This document shows, piece after piece, positions 40,765-52,436 of a DNA stretch of 64,000 bases. Source of the stretch: Kondoa subrosea (lineage: Eukaryota); NCBI GenBank assembly GCA_039545335.1, contig BCIN01000001.1, forward strand, positions 1,534,604 to 1,598,603. Reading direction: 5' to 3'. Under the pieces are notes generated by a model that was not told the origin of the DNA, made no database searches, and was given only the letters and a program-made list of their open reading frames with translations. Within the stretch, counting starts at the first letter, position 1. Every line of letters starts with the position of its first letter. Made by a program: the position numbers and the translations under genes.

Positions 40765-41124
40765 AGGCGATCTTCAAACTTGGGCACTGTTTTTTAGGCA
40801 GGCAAACCAAGTTCTTGCCCTTGGCTGGACCATCCTAGTTATGAGCAAGCATCCAGCTGTTGGAGCTGCTTTCAAAACTTCCTGCTTGAGGCACCGAAGT
40901 GCTTTCAAGCAAGAAGATCAGGAGGCATATTGGTCCAGGGGAGGTTGTCGAGACCGAACACTGGTGAGCTGGAACGATATCGATAGCTGGCTCCGGTTGT
41001 CTAGGGCGTAGAGCTTGAAAGTCGAGTTGAAGAGTCGATGAGATGAGAAGAAAAGGAAAGAGAGAAAAAGCTGAAGGTCATTCGGAAGCAGAAGAATAAC
41101 ATAGTCTGAGACTAGGAGGCTTGA
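40765..41124. repeat. 360-bp direct repeat, left copy
   Basis: Near-identical (roughly 90-95% by eye) to 44241-44600. Confidence 0.95.
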
Positions 41125-42692
41125 TGAATCTATGACTCGAAGATTTGTACAAGCCCTCCAGAACGAAAATTGGAATACTGGCGCGCAGCGGCAAGAACTC
41201 GACAAGGCCAGTAACGCGAGACACAGGAGAGTAGAATACAGAGCATCACATTCAATCAGTTCATAGAGTGGCATAACATCATTGGGCTTGATGGGCTGTT
41301 CCGCGCGAAGAAGGCTGTTTTTTTGAACTTTCATGCAAGAACCTGATACCCCAACAGAGCTGGTGTATACCTCTGCGCGCGTGCTCTGTCATGGCTTAAC
41401 CCAGCTGCGATCACCTTGCTCCTTTCAGTCGCTCCGTCTGGAAGCATGTGTAGTTCTTTCGCCAATGTTATGCTGCTCTCGCTAGACAAGCCCTTGGAGC
41501 GTAATCTTGTACTGCTCATATTAATTTCGCTCGGCCGCAATTCACCTGGGATTGGAACCCTGAACAGCTTGAGAGCCGAACTATTACAGCTGCTTCAAAA
41601 TGGCTGCGCTAGCTTTCTGCCTTGGCAGCCCTTCCATTCACTGTACTATAGGTCAATGAAATATACTCTGCTCAACTATGCGCTGTCAGGCTCCACTCCT
41701 GCATTTTTCTGATTTGCTGACAATAAATGCTGCATCAAAGGTGAGACTATTCAAGAAATGCTCCTTTGGGCAGGGCTCTGTCTGTAGAGATAATAGGCCG
41801 ATCTCACTATGCTCTTAAAGATCTACAAAGATACTTCTGCTTGTAATGAGTTCACTCAGGTTCGGCTAACTTGACCAGCTTATATTGTATCTGTGCTGGT
41901 AGATCTGTTTCCTTTTGTGAAGATAGCGGCACAATCAAGAGGAAGACCTCTCGATAACCATTGGAGCTCGCAAGGCAGTGAGCATAAGCGGATTGAGGTA
42001 AGTGCCAGGTTGTTGAATTACACGCGAGGTACTGACAGATTGCTGTAGGTGATGCCTTAGATGTATCCTTGGGTTGTAAAATGGTGCGAGCAACTGAAGA
42101 CTGAAGTAGTATCGTGTGAATGAGCAAGATTCGTCAACCTATCTCAACCCTGTCTGACATTCAGCTTAAAGATTGGGCAAGTCGTCGAGCAGCAATTCTA
42201 GTTGCTTACTCTTGCCTCTTTAAAGCATTCATGTGCTGTATCGCCAAGTGTATTGCTGCTCCAACGCGTCACCCTAATTTTTCCCTTTCTTTTGCCTCTC
42301 GAAGACCTGCACTCCCTCTCCCTTGTTGACCTTTATCCTCTCAGTATCTGTATCTCGACCCTCGTAATCTCTAGTGGTCCAGAGCCTCTAGAACGTGCAT
42401 CCCCGTAATCGACCCCTATTGCCTCGTTTCTAGCGTTTCACCTCTTCTTTCGTTCTTCTCTGCTCTCTTCCTTTCGCTCTCACCCTTTACCGACCATCAT
42501 TCTGAAAGAATACATCTCTCCCCTCCTTCACGAATAGCACAGGCGGAACTCTTTTGAACGCGTTCGTCATTTGAGAGGTGTTAGTCATTCTGTATACATA
42601 GAGATTTGTGAGCTGATCTTTGTTCTGAACAGCTGTACTGAACAGCATCCTTTGTCTTCTACTACTGGCTCTTCTTTCTCTATATCTACAAC

Positions 42693-43822
42693 ATGAATGC
42701 TCCTACAACACCTACTAGAGCTGCTCCCATGCAAACCCGGAAATCAAGTCCACCTCAAAACAAGACCGGTCTCTCTTCTCCCTTCAAGAAATGCCTGACC
42801 GACCAAGAGGTAGCAGAATTAGAGAAGACACTATTCATCCCTGACAAGATTTCTCGCCCGAACTCACCTACCAAACATGTGGAATCAAATCATGTTCAGC
42901 CAGCTACTCTTTCGCCTGGCGAACTTTCGTGGTCTTTGATCAAAGTCGCTTTTGGGGAAATCATCAATCACAATAATGTTTCAGATGCTCCCCGCTTCAT
43001 TTTCAACCGCCTACTAAACCTAATCGCACCCAACGATGGCACAGTAGTCTTTATCCCTTTGACTGCAAGAGTCGACGTACTTCAACTACTTCTACGACGC
43101 GGTACTGCTGCTATCTATCAGATATGGCTTACAGCGCGCGATTGTCGCGGAGCTCGGTTGTGGGCCAAATGGTTAGGTGATGCTACTCTCACCATCAAAC
43201 GTCTTATGGAACAAACGGGCAACATGAACCGAGTCACATTGAACGCGTGTCATACAATTCTGCTTACATCCGTCCGAGTGAGCAACATTTTCGTGGTATG
43301 GATCACACTGATGATTCTTTGAAGATCATGTCAAGAATTCCTGCTCCGGATCTCAAAAGCTCAGCAACTATTCTCAAACTGGCTGATATCTTCGGAATGA
43401 TTATGGCAAACCCTGCTTTCTATGGCGAAGGTAAATCACCATCTTCTTCAGTATTGAGCGGTCTGATCTGTTTTCGAAGAGGAGAAAAAATTCATCAAAG
43501 CATACCGCAAGCCAAAGAAAGCGAAGAAGCCAAAACAAGCAGTACTTGAGCAGGAAGCCAAGAGTAGTCCAAGCAAGCGAGTCGCTCATGTCATAGCTGC
43601 CTCTGGTGAGTAAGTCTCTTCTCGCTTGCTGGCCTTGCTGAATGACCTGTATTGCCTTCAGGCTCATCGAAAAAGCAAAAGACCGAACAAGACGGGAAAG
43701 CACTGGAAGCAGCTTCCTCTTCATCTCCCACACCTGGCGCTTCTTCTAGCTCGATCCCTTCCAACTTAGATAACAAACCTGCTTCTACTTCTGAAAGAGC
43801 TAGAGCAAATGCAAAGCCTTAA
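42693..43822 (+). CDS. Orphan hypothetical protein (4 exons), Lys-rich C-terminal part
   Basis: ACAACATG start after a CT-rich leader. Three GT-AG introns join the ORF at 42693-43322 to KPKKAKKPK and SSKKQK exons. Confidence 0.7.
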
Positions 43823-44240
43823 GATGAAGATGATTGAAAAGGCAAGGACGGGTTTCTGTAATAGTGATATGATTGGGTCATCAATAGTTAAATTAGTATC
43901 TTGAGAGTCTAGTAGATCGTATCTGTCATAATCCACTCTAATACATTTGTCGCTGTGATTGCCTTGTGTTGACTGTACTACTCATAGAGATAGCAGTAGC
44001 TGCACAGTTGTGCTTAACGTTGCACGTATATACAATGCAAGCCGTTAATACACCTCTCTTGACAACAGCATAAAAGACTTGAGCGAAATCATGTTTGGAT
44101 TTGAGCAGGACTGCTTAACAACATTCATACTCAGAGTGTATCAAGATCTTTTTGATGAGGACAGACCTTAATGAGTAGCTGCGAAACTGCAAGCCAGAGC
44201 GCGATCGAAGCGGCTTGAAATGGACTGACTGTCGAGAGTG

Positions 44241-44600
44241 AGGCGATCTTCAAACCTGGGCACTGTGTTTTAGGCAGGCAAACCAAGTTCTTGGGCCCTG
44301 TCTGGACCATCCTAGTTATCAGCAAGCATCCAGCTGTTGGAGCTGCTTTCTAAACTTCCTGCTTTAGGCACCGAAGTGCTTTCAAGCAAGAAGGCAGGAG
44401 GCATATTGGTCCAGGGGAGGCTGTCGAGACCGAACACTGGTGAGCTGGAACGATATCGATAGCTGGCTCCGGTTGTCCAGGGCGTAGAGCTTGAAAGTCG
44501 AGCTGAAGGGTTGATGAGATGAAAAGAAAAGGAAACAGAGAAAAAGCTGAAGGTCATTCGGAAGCAGAAGAATAACATAGTCTGAGACTAGGAGGCTTGA
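44241..44600. repeat. 360-bp direct repeat, right copy
   Basis: Near-identical to 40765-41124, same orientation. Confidence 0.95.
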
Positions 44601-45071
44601 ATCCAGCCTCTGCGCTAAATCGTTCGAACACGAATATAAAAAGGGCGCAAGCGGAGGAACACGTAAGACAACAGCACGCTGCAGACCATACACGAGACAG
44701 AGCAGTTGTGCAACAGCAACACATAAAAGACGCTTCAGGTCTAAATGCCGATGCAAGCGAAAACTCAAGCCTTTATTGCAATTTAAACTGAGCAATTTTG
44801 GCAAGGCGATGAGGTGCCTCCATATTGACAGTACGGTAAAGTAGCATAGTCAGCAAGCATATATCTGTCGCATGTAATTGAAGCTGGATTGCATGAACTG
44901 TACTTTTCCTAGAGTTTGACCAAGATAGCTCGATATTTGGGTACTGATATTAATGAAGCTGGTAAGTGATACTGAACTTTACTGAGACACTGATTGAAAT
45001 AGTTATTTTATGATGATATTCCGGCTGAAAAGATTTGAGTTTTGTAGTGTTCGAGTTTTAGATTTGCAGAA

Positions 45072-46867
45072 TTATCGCCGACCACGTCTTCTGGCAGTCC
45101 TTCTATGGAGCTCATGAGATAATATCCAAAGCAGAGAGGGAAAAGCCCGTACCCTTGGTAATTCTCCTCGATGTAGTCCTGCACATCGGGTCGGCCGCAA
45201 GCGCAAAGAGGGCCAGTAGCTCCAGCTTCGATCGCTTCTTCATAAAGCTCTACGGCTCTTCTGTCACAATCCGAGCGTCTTCCCTCCCACCTGGAGAACC
45301 ATGAGTCAGCTTTTAATATTGTTCTGCTTTACAAGCAAAGCGCACTCTTCATTGAACAAGCCTTTGTTGTAGTGCCATGTTTCATGACCACCAATAGCAT
45401 AAGAAGAAGGACCACCAGTGAGTTCATATTGATCGTATAGTTCTGCTCTTGCTTCTTCCCTCAATTGTTCAACGATCGAATGCTCAAAAGCAACGTGCAT
45501 GTGATCCATTGTATTGACGATCGAAGAAACTTCTCCCATCCCATACTCGAGGAATTGACTGCATAGGTTAGAATCGCTCCTCAGTTCCAATCCTCTGTTT
45601 TCGAGGGCTTCCACCAAATCGTTCCGACGTTGAATCTTTTGCGCAACAGCAGTAGCGATCTCTTCTGGTTTTCCTTTCCCAGTTCGAATGTATTCAGCAC
45701 ACAGAAGAGGTTCATCATCTTGAGTCAATCCACTAGCTGAAAGAGCTGCATCCAATCGAGTAGTTCTACCAATCTTTGGGTCTTTACGAGGTGAAGCTAA
45801 TTTGGCTGATAGAGTAGTGTTCTTCTTTGCCCATTTCTCATCCGAGATAGCTCTGATTTGAAGCACAGAGTATAATCTCATTGGGGCTGCAGAGCGGTAG
45901 TGAGGATTAGCTTTAGAGATGAAGTCCAGATCGGCAATTTCTTTGTCATTGACTGCAAATATCATCAGGTAGGGTCAAAGAGAAGCTTGTCAAACTTACC
46001 TTTGTACTCTTTCTTGGCTCTTGTAACGGTAATGAGTTCACCACAAGAAGGACATGCTATCAGCAGTATGAGAATAATCGTAAAGGTGTATTTGCATTGA
46101 GACTAACCATCTTTGCCTTGAATTGAGCAATGCTTCAATTCCTGATCTGGTTCTTCGCAGATTTGACACATAGTGGTCATCAATTTGTTGACAACGACAG
46201 CTTTGCTGGACGCCGCAGCAGACATAGAGTAATGCTCAGATATGTACGTAGCGAAGAAACGTTCATCACAATAGGCCTACAACAAAAGAGAGACCGGACT
46301 GAGCGAGAGCGAACGAGTTGTTAGCAATTAGTTTATCGACATACCTGAAGTCGCTTGCAAAGAATGCTCGCTCGAAGCACGCTGAGCGGAGAGCGCAATT
46401 GCATAAGAATGCTATGAGCTGCATGAATACAATGCTGAGATCACGTCTGGCTAAAAACTCACTTGTGAATCAGTTCCTTTGCGTCTGCTTAGTCAGCAAA
46501 GTTTCGAGATCATAGCTTCACTCAATAGCTCACATTTGGGAGATCAGCAAAGCTAGCATATGTGCCAGGAGCACTCGAGCGATTGATGACGGATTGAGGT
46601 GTAGCAGGTTGCACGGGTCGCTTAAGCTTGATCTTTAGGCTCTTCTTCGGTGTCTTAGGCGTTGACGGCACATATTCATCTTCTCCTCCTACATCAGCTG
46701 GAGGTGTTGTGGCTTCTGTCAGATCCACACGAGCTGCAGTCGGACTCTGTAGAAATACGTATAAGTATTCAAGTTTATCACAGCTTCAACAGCAAAGGCA
46801 GCGAGATGCAGCTCACAGCTTCTTCGGCTGCTACTTCTCGTCTGCGTCCAGAACGAGTAGTCACCAT
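45072..46867 (-). CDS. F-box protein fused to an XPA-like C4 zinc finger/DNA-binding subdomain and two ~45-aa repeats
   Basis: Spliced: FADLPNELIHNILMQL…SILCKRLQ; CQIC-x17-CPSC; LITVTRAKKEYKVNDKEI…NPHYRSAAPMRLY; RRNDLVEALENRGLELRSDSNLCSQFL. Confidence 0.75.
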
Positions 46868-46992
46868 GTTCGAGATATGCTGGTCAAGAGCAACCCGATT
46901 ACGTATATTCCGCGGGCATGTCCTGGAGTACTCAGAGGCTGCCAGCTCGCGGCTTATTCTTTGCGAAGGGCAATGTACAACCACCATTAGCT

Positions 46993-49609
46993 CTAATCAA
47001 CGCTACTACTTCCAAATGCACCTGCTTCTTTCCTCCTATTGATGCCCGACCCAGATCTCAGATCCGTATGACTTGAATTCCGACTTAACGGCCTCATTGA
47101 GCTTGTTCGACCTAACAAAGATCCATTGCCAGATAGTTCTGTTGTTTCTTCACCAGCAAAACTATCTCCTTCGTCCAAATGTTCTTCCGAAAGTGTTCGA
47201 TCATGAGATAAAGCTGTACTCTTTAATGAATTGCGACTTGATTTCTTGCTCAACGTTCCGCTTGTGAAACCTGTTCGAGTTCGAGGACTTGAGGGAGGAG
47301 AAGAACCGATACCAAGCTGGTATTCAGGTCGGGCGCGAGGTGTAGATGTACCGTTGTTGCTGAAAAGCGACAGAGCTGCAGGCGCATTTGCTCGATTGAA
47401 AAGCACGGGAGAAGACATGACTTGTCTCAAGCGAGGTCGAGGAGGAGAAGGTTCTGTAAAGGTAGAACGGAAAGCTACTGGAGGTGAAGAAGCTGCGGAT
47501 TTGTTGCCAGAGCGAGGGAACAAGTAACGTAAAGATCTTGGAATGATAGAGCGGAAGAAACTTCTGTTACTGGTGCTGCGGTCGGCTTGCCAGGGATTGC
47601 TACTTGCCGAATCATCCGAGCTACTGTATTCTCCATTCCCGTTGATTCCGCTACCCTCTTCCATTGACAGTAAGCCAACATCCACATCCGACCGCCGTCG
47701 AGATGGTGCGAAATATCCGCCAAAGGCTTTCATACGCTTGCCTTTGCCAGCTTTAGTACAGAAGAGCCACAAGAGAAGAACGAAAAGGACACCTCCGATG
47801 CCCAAGAATGGTGAAGATGAGGGAAGAGAACCAAGAGTAGAGCGAAATGATCTTCCTCCTGGCCAAGAAGGCGGCGGAACAGCACCGAACCAATTGATGG
47901 CTGGACCAGTATCTGCTTCTGCTGCAGGGATGGAATTAGAAACTTCAAGCACCATTTTGCCCAATGTCCAGCTGATGGCCACATCTCCAACTTGTTCAAC
48001 AGACTGGAAGTGCGCCGGACCTTTATGTACTTTGACCGCATCGTCCGCTAAACCTTTCTCGTCGGCTTTGAGTAGAATATCTTCAGTCATGTTCCTTCCA
48101 TTGCCTTTCCCGCCTAAATCACCAATCCGAGGTATCCCAATTCCCTCATGCAAGATATTGATGATCCAAGCAGCTTTGAAGCATTGCATTTGTAAACGAG
48201 GTAAATCAACTCTTGAATTCCATCTAGCTCCAGCAGTATAATCTTTCAAGATTGATTCCCATTCTTGTCCGCAATAGTTTTTAGCTTCTTTTTCAAATTC
48301 AACAAAATCATACACTCCACCAGCAGCGTCCCAAACATCATGTGTTGAATACCAATATTCTGATATCCCTATGAATTGATTGACGGAGAAATCAATTGCT
48401 GGCACGTGGACACCGTTGAAAAGACAAGGTTCATCCAAACATGGTGCATCTTTGTTGAGAAGCGGACTTGTTCGAGACACGCATTCTTCGAATTCACCTG
48501 TTCCTTGTAACATATAACCCTGGTGACGGGATTCGGAAAGTAAGAGAGATTTAGGTAGACAAGGATCTTTGACTATTTGGGTTGAGGTTTCTGCTGAGGT
48601 AGAAGGAGTGGAGCCGTGAGTATTTGCGAGAGAAAGATCATCTTGGGTTGATTTGTACAGATCTATCTCGTTCGAGACGTAGCGTTCTCGAGCTTTGTTC
48701 GTACCATACCCCAGCCAAGTGGTAACGAAAACAGGATGAGCCATAGTTCGACCATTGAGATGTCGAAGGTTGACTTCGACTAGATTGTCAAAGTGCTTGA
48801 CGCGTTCAGACGCGGAAGGTTCAAAAGCGATTTGAGTGGAAGCGCCACCCATATCTAGAAATCCGAAAGTGGAACTCGACTTGTCATCTTCTGCGTGATT
48901 GTGTGTTCCGTCTGGCGATGTATGAGCATCGAAGCCATCCATGAGGTAATTGACAGCAACCCAGCCAAAGAGACCTTCTTCTTCGCCAGAAATGATCCGG
49001 ACGTTTTGTGAGCAATCCTTGAGTTTGAAAGAAGAGTGCGATTTGATATAAGAGCAGGCTCGAGAGAGCACAGCAGATTGTTGTTCGGGCGGAAGAAGAC
49101 GCATGCCAGCTGTAGCGAGCAAGTATATAGGTGTGTCTGCTAGCTTGCTTGGCGGTATTAAAGAGACTGCATGATCCAGCAGTGGCTTCAAGTAGTTCTC
49201 CACTCCTGCAGGATTAGGGCCCAGAGCAGAGATGCCTGATGTCCATCATCAGCAACTGTTCTTTACAGGTCCAAAACGCATAAACTAACCTGGTTCCACT
49301 TTCAAATGCCAACCATCCCCAGACTCTACGCCTGTTTCGACCTTTGGCAGAGCAGCCAAGGACTTGCCTTGCTGTTTCCGTAGATCTCTGGCCAAGTCAT
49401 GCTGCAACCATGAATACACTTGAATCCGCGAACCAGAGCTTCCAGCATCTATGACAATTCCAAATTGTCTTGTACGTGTCCTTTAGCATCGCAATCAGCG
49501 CGACAGGTGACCGGCCTCACCTGCCCTGAGCCCAATTTGTTAAAGTTGCTCTTTTGCGCTTTCTTGACAGAATCTCCGTCTCTTCAGCCTGTCGCTTGCC
49601 CGTAATCAT
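46993..49609 (-). CDS. YND1: Golgi apyrase (GDA1/CD39 NTPDase) with C-proximal TM and long cytosolic tail
   Basis: IVIDAGSSGSR, LLATAGMRLL, ISGEEEGLFGW, LDMGGASTQI, SWTLG and a TM helix. Confidence 0.93.
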
Positions 49610-49783
49610 AACTTATCGTTTGCAGGTCATTCACTAGCATCCACAGCCCCTTCACTGTGTGCTTCGAGTTTCTTCTTCTGAATTTCGCGCTTGGTTGTCT
49701 ATTGACGAGCACCCAAACGAGAATATCCTCAAGTACCCAGATACCCGGAGGAACACATTGCTAGATACCCACTGATTTGGATC

Positions 49784-52299
49784 ATGCAAGAGAGTACTTT
49801 GGCAGATCTGACTGCAAGTGCCAGGCGTACAAAAGCGAGATCTGTTCATGATATCCCACCTCCTTTGGGTTAGCTCCTCGCCTGCTGCATTCTGCATCAA
49901 CGTACTGAAGACACAGTGCAGTCGGCGCATCAACGACTATAGTCAAGAATAAGCTATACGTGTTTGGCGGTAGAAGGGTTCCCAAGCGCATATTGGAATC
50001 AGATCTCTATGTGTTGGATCTGGCTACGCTTGAATGGGAGAGATTATGGCCACCCTCTGGAAGCGCAGAGAAGCGATCAAATACAGGCAATGAAGTTGTG
50101 GAAGAGCTAGATACTGGCGACATGTCTGCTCTGGATCAACAGCGAGGTCCTGAACCACGCTATTTTCACTCTGCGGACGCTGTTGGAGTATGTTGGACTC
50201 GTTTCCTCTGCAAATTTGTAGCTGATGCAAATATAAGGACAATATTATTTACTTTGGCGGCATGATCTACAAACCAAGATCTCGCTCTCACTCTCCAGCA
50301 AACTCCATATCTTCTCGCACATCTCAGAACTCTCGAACTTCCAAATCATCGCGAGGTTCTCGAGCCCAGCAAGCTACCGACGGAGGAGAAGAACCAGCTG
50401 AAGTTGGCTTTTCAGTCTCTTCTGATCTCTTCGTCTACAATACAGTAACGCACACATGGTCTTTCCCTACTCCTTCAGTCCTTCCGACTTCTTCCACTCC
50501 AGCTTCACCTTCTTCACCATCACCTATGATCAGCTCATCGTCTGTACTCGGTCCTTCACCTAGATATGCACACCTCTCTTGCGTCACCAATAATTGTCTC
50601 ATCATTCTTGGTGGTCAAGATATGTCTAATCGCTACTTGCAAGAAATATCAGTACTTGATTTGGATCGGATGGTATGGATCGAAACGCGAAAGTTTGAGG
50701 GGCATTGCGGAACTTATCGCTCCGTATGCTGTTCACGACCAACGACAGTCCATTCACCTCCTGATCCTCTTGCTTCCTCTACATCACCAAGAAAAAGAGG
50801 CATGTCTCGCTCAAGTTCAGATTCACCAGAAATGTCTCGCTCCAACTCTCAATCCCAAACACCTGTAATCACCGAACGTTCATCTTCCCGTCGATCGAGT
50901 ATCGATTCACCCATTATGTCACAACTTAGCTATTCAGCTTCACCTTCTCGAGATTCACCAGAACCGATTTGGCTCTTTTCCAATTTCTCTTTCGCCAATG
51001 TCAAGAGAGCATTGGATATGGTTTCTGCTCCAAGATCACCTAATTTCGCTTGTCCAGTAACGCATTGTTCTCACTTGATGAGTTCAGGACCAAATCTGCC
51101 ACCCGGTTTAAGGTGCGATGAAATTGCAACAGCTTGGGATTTTGCTCATGTCGTGTTGCTCTCATGTACAGATTCCCAACTGGCGCAGTTATAGGTCATC
51201 ATCTAGTCATAGCCGGTACTTTCCTCAGCAACACAACAAGTTCATTCGCCATCTATGCTTTGGATATTTCAGCTCAACCAAGGGGTGGGAAACTGAATTG
51301 GCAGAAAGTAGACCCAGGAGCAATCACTTCTAATGGAGCGAGTTGGAACAAAGCTGTTTTCTCTGGAAATCAAGTCATTGTTATTGGAGATCGGGATAGA
51401 GAAATTGCGGCGGATTACGATCATAGGCAAAACAATTTCGTACATGTTGCTTTTGTGGATCTGGAGGTGGGTGATCGGTATCATTTAGCTAGCTTCTTAG
51501 CTGATGATGTCGGTTAATCCATAGGCTTTCGGTATTTATCAACCACCGCTCAGACTGGTCGAACCTGTAGCACAAGAATTCGGTCTTACTTGCTTGGCCA
51601 GCTCAGCAATGAACGACTTTGAGATTGTCTGCTCAGATGGAAACAGACTAGGCTGTAATCGAAAGATGGTAGAACAGCGTTGGCCTTGGTTTGCTCGAAA
51701 ATTGCAAGAATTCAGAGAGAAAGCTAGAGTAGCTCTTACTAAACTCCAAACTCAAGCTTCGAGCAATGGAACATCATCTATCGAAGCGATTGATGGACCA
51801 TTACAAGCTATTTCACTTAATGCACCTCCGATCAGCGATTTGCGAACATCACCAAGAACTCTCGAAATGCCTGAATCCTCAGCTGTCGTCTTCGCAGCTC
51901 TTCAATACTTCTATACTCTAGGACTATGCACACCTCTACAGCATCAACTGCCTATCCTGATTGGCCTACTTCTCTTCAGTCGAACTTACGATATCCCCAA
52001 TTTGCGTGCTTTGGTAGTCCATGCCCTTCACTCGACTCTCAGCTCAAGTACTGGCGCTGCTGCTGCTGCTCAAATATACGAAGCTAGTACTCTAGGTGAG
52101 TACCAACTCGACAATAGCTACAGGTAGCTAATTCTCTCGTGGTTCTTACAGTTGGAGCAACAGCTCTACAAGTACGCTCGCTCAAGCAGATGATGAGTAT
52201 GGCAGCTCGGTAAGTCATCGATGATGATCACTTCCGCGAATTGGAATTCATTTGATGAGCAGGAGTTCGAGGCGACGACCAACAGAGGGATCAATATGA
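49784..52299 (+). CDS. Kelch-repeat + BTB protein (Ral2/Mds3-like)
   Basis: PPPLVGASTTIVKNKLYVFGG, PEPRYFHS, PSPRYAHLS, PPGLR-FPTG and BTB NDFEIVCSDG…RWPWF…LQYFYT. Confidence 0.85.
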
Positions 52300-52436
52300 C
52301 TTAGTAGCGAAGGCGGGCTGTAGAATAGTGTACAACAGGCAATGCATTAATTTATTCATGCTAGGTTATTCCTTAACTCCAAAACTGACTGAATTATGCT
52401 TCTGAATTATTTACAAGTACAACAAGATCAATCAGC

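Noticed and set aside
40918..41334. Paralogous minus-strand ORFs 40918-41334 and 44382-44804 as genes
   Set aside because: Non-ATG starts. The similarity only reflects the DNA repeat, and indels between copies do not preserve frame.
42693..43822. Mating-type homeodomain or pheromone locus
   Set aside because: No WFxNxR motif, STE3 receptor or short CaaX pheromone ORF was seen.
40765..44600. LTR retrotransposon
   Set aside because: No TG…CA termini, PBS/PPT, TSD or gag/pol. The internal gene has spliceosomal introns.
45306..46200. Calling this gene RAD14/XPA
   Set aside because: It has an F-box and different C-terminal repeats, and lacks the XPA coiled-coil/C-terminal Cys motif. It is treated as a domain fusion.
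47543..48241. Long antisense ORFs (also 5020-5514, 52396-52920, 30914-31531)
   Set aside because: These are shadow or alternate frames of well-supported genes, with non-ATG starts and no motifs.
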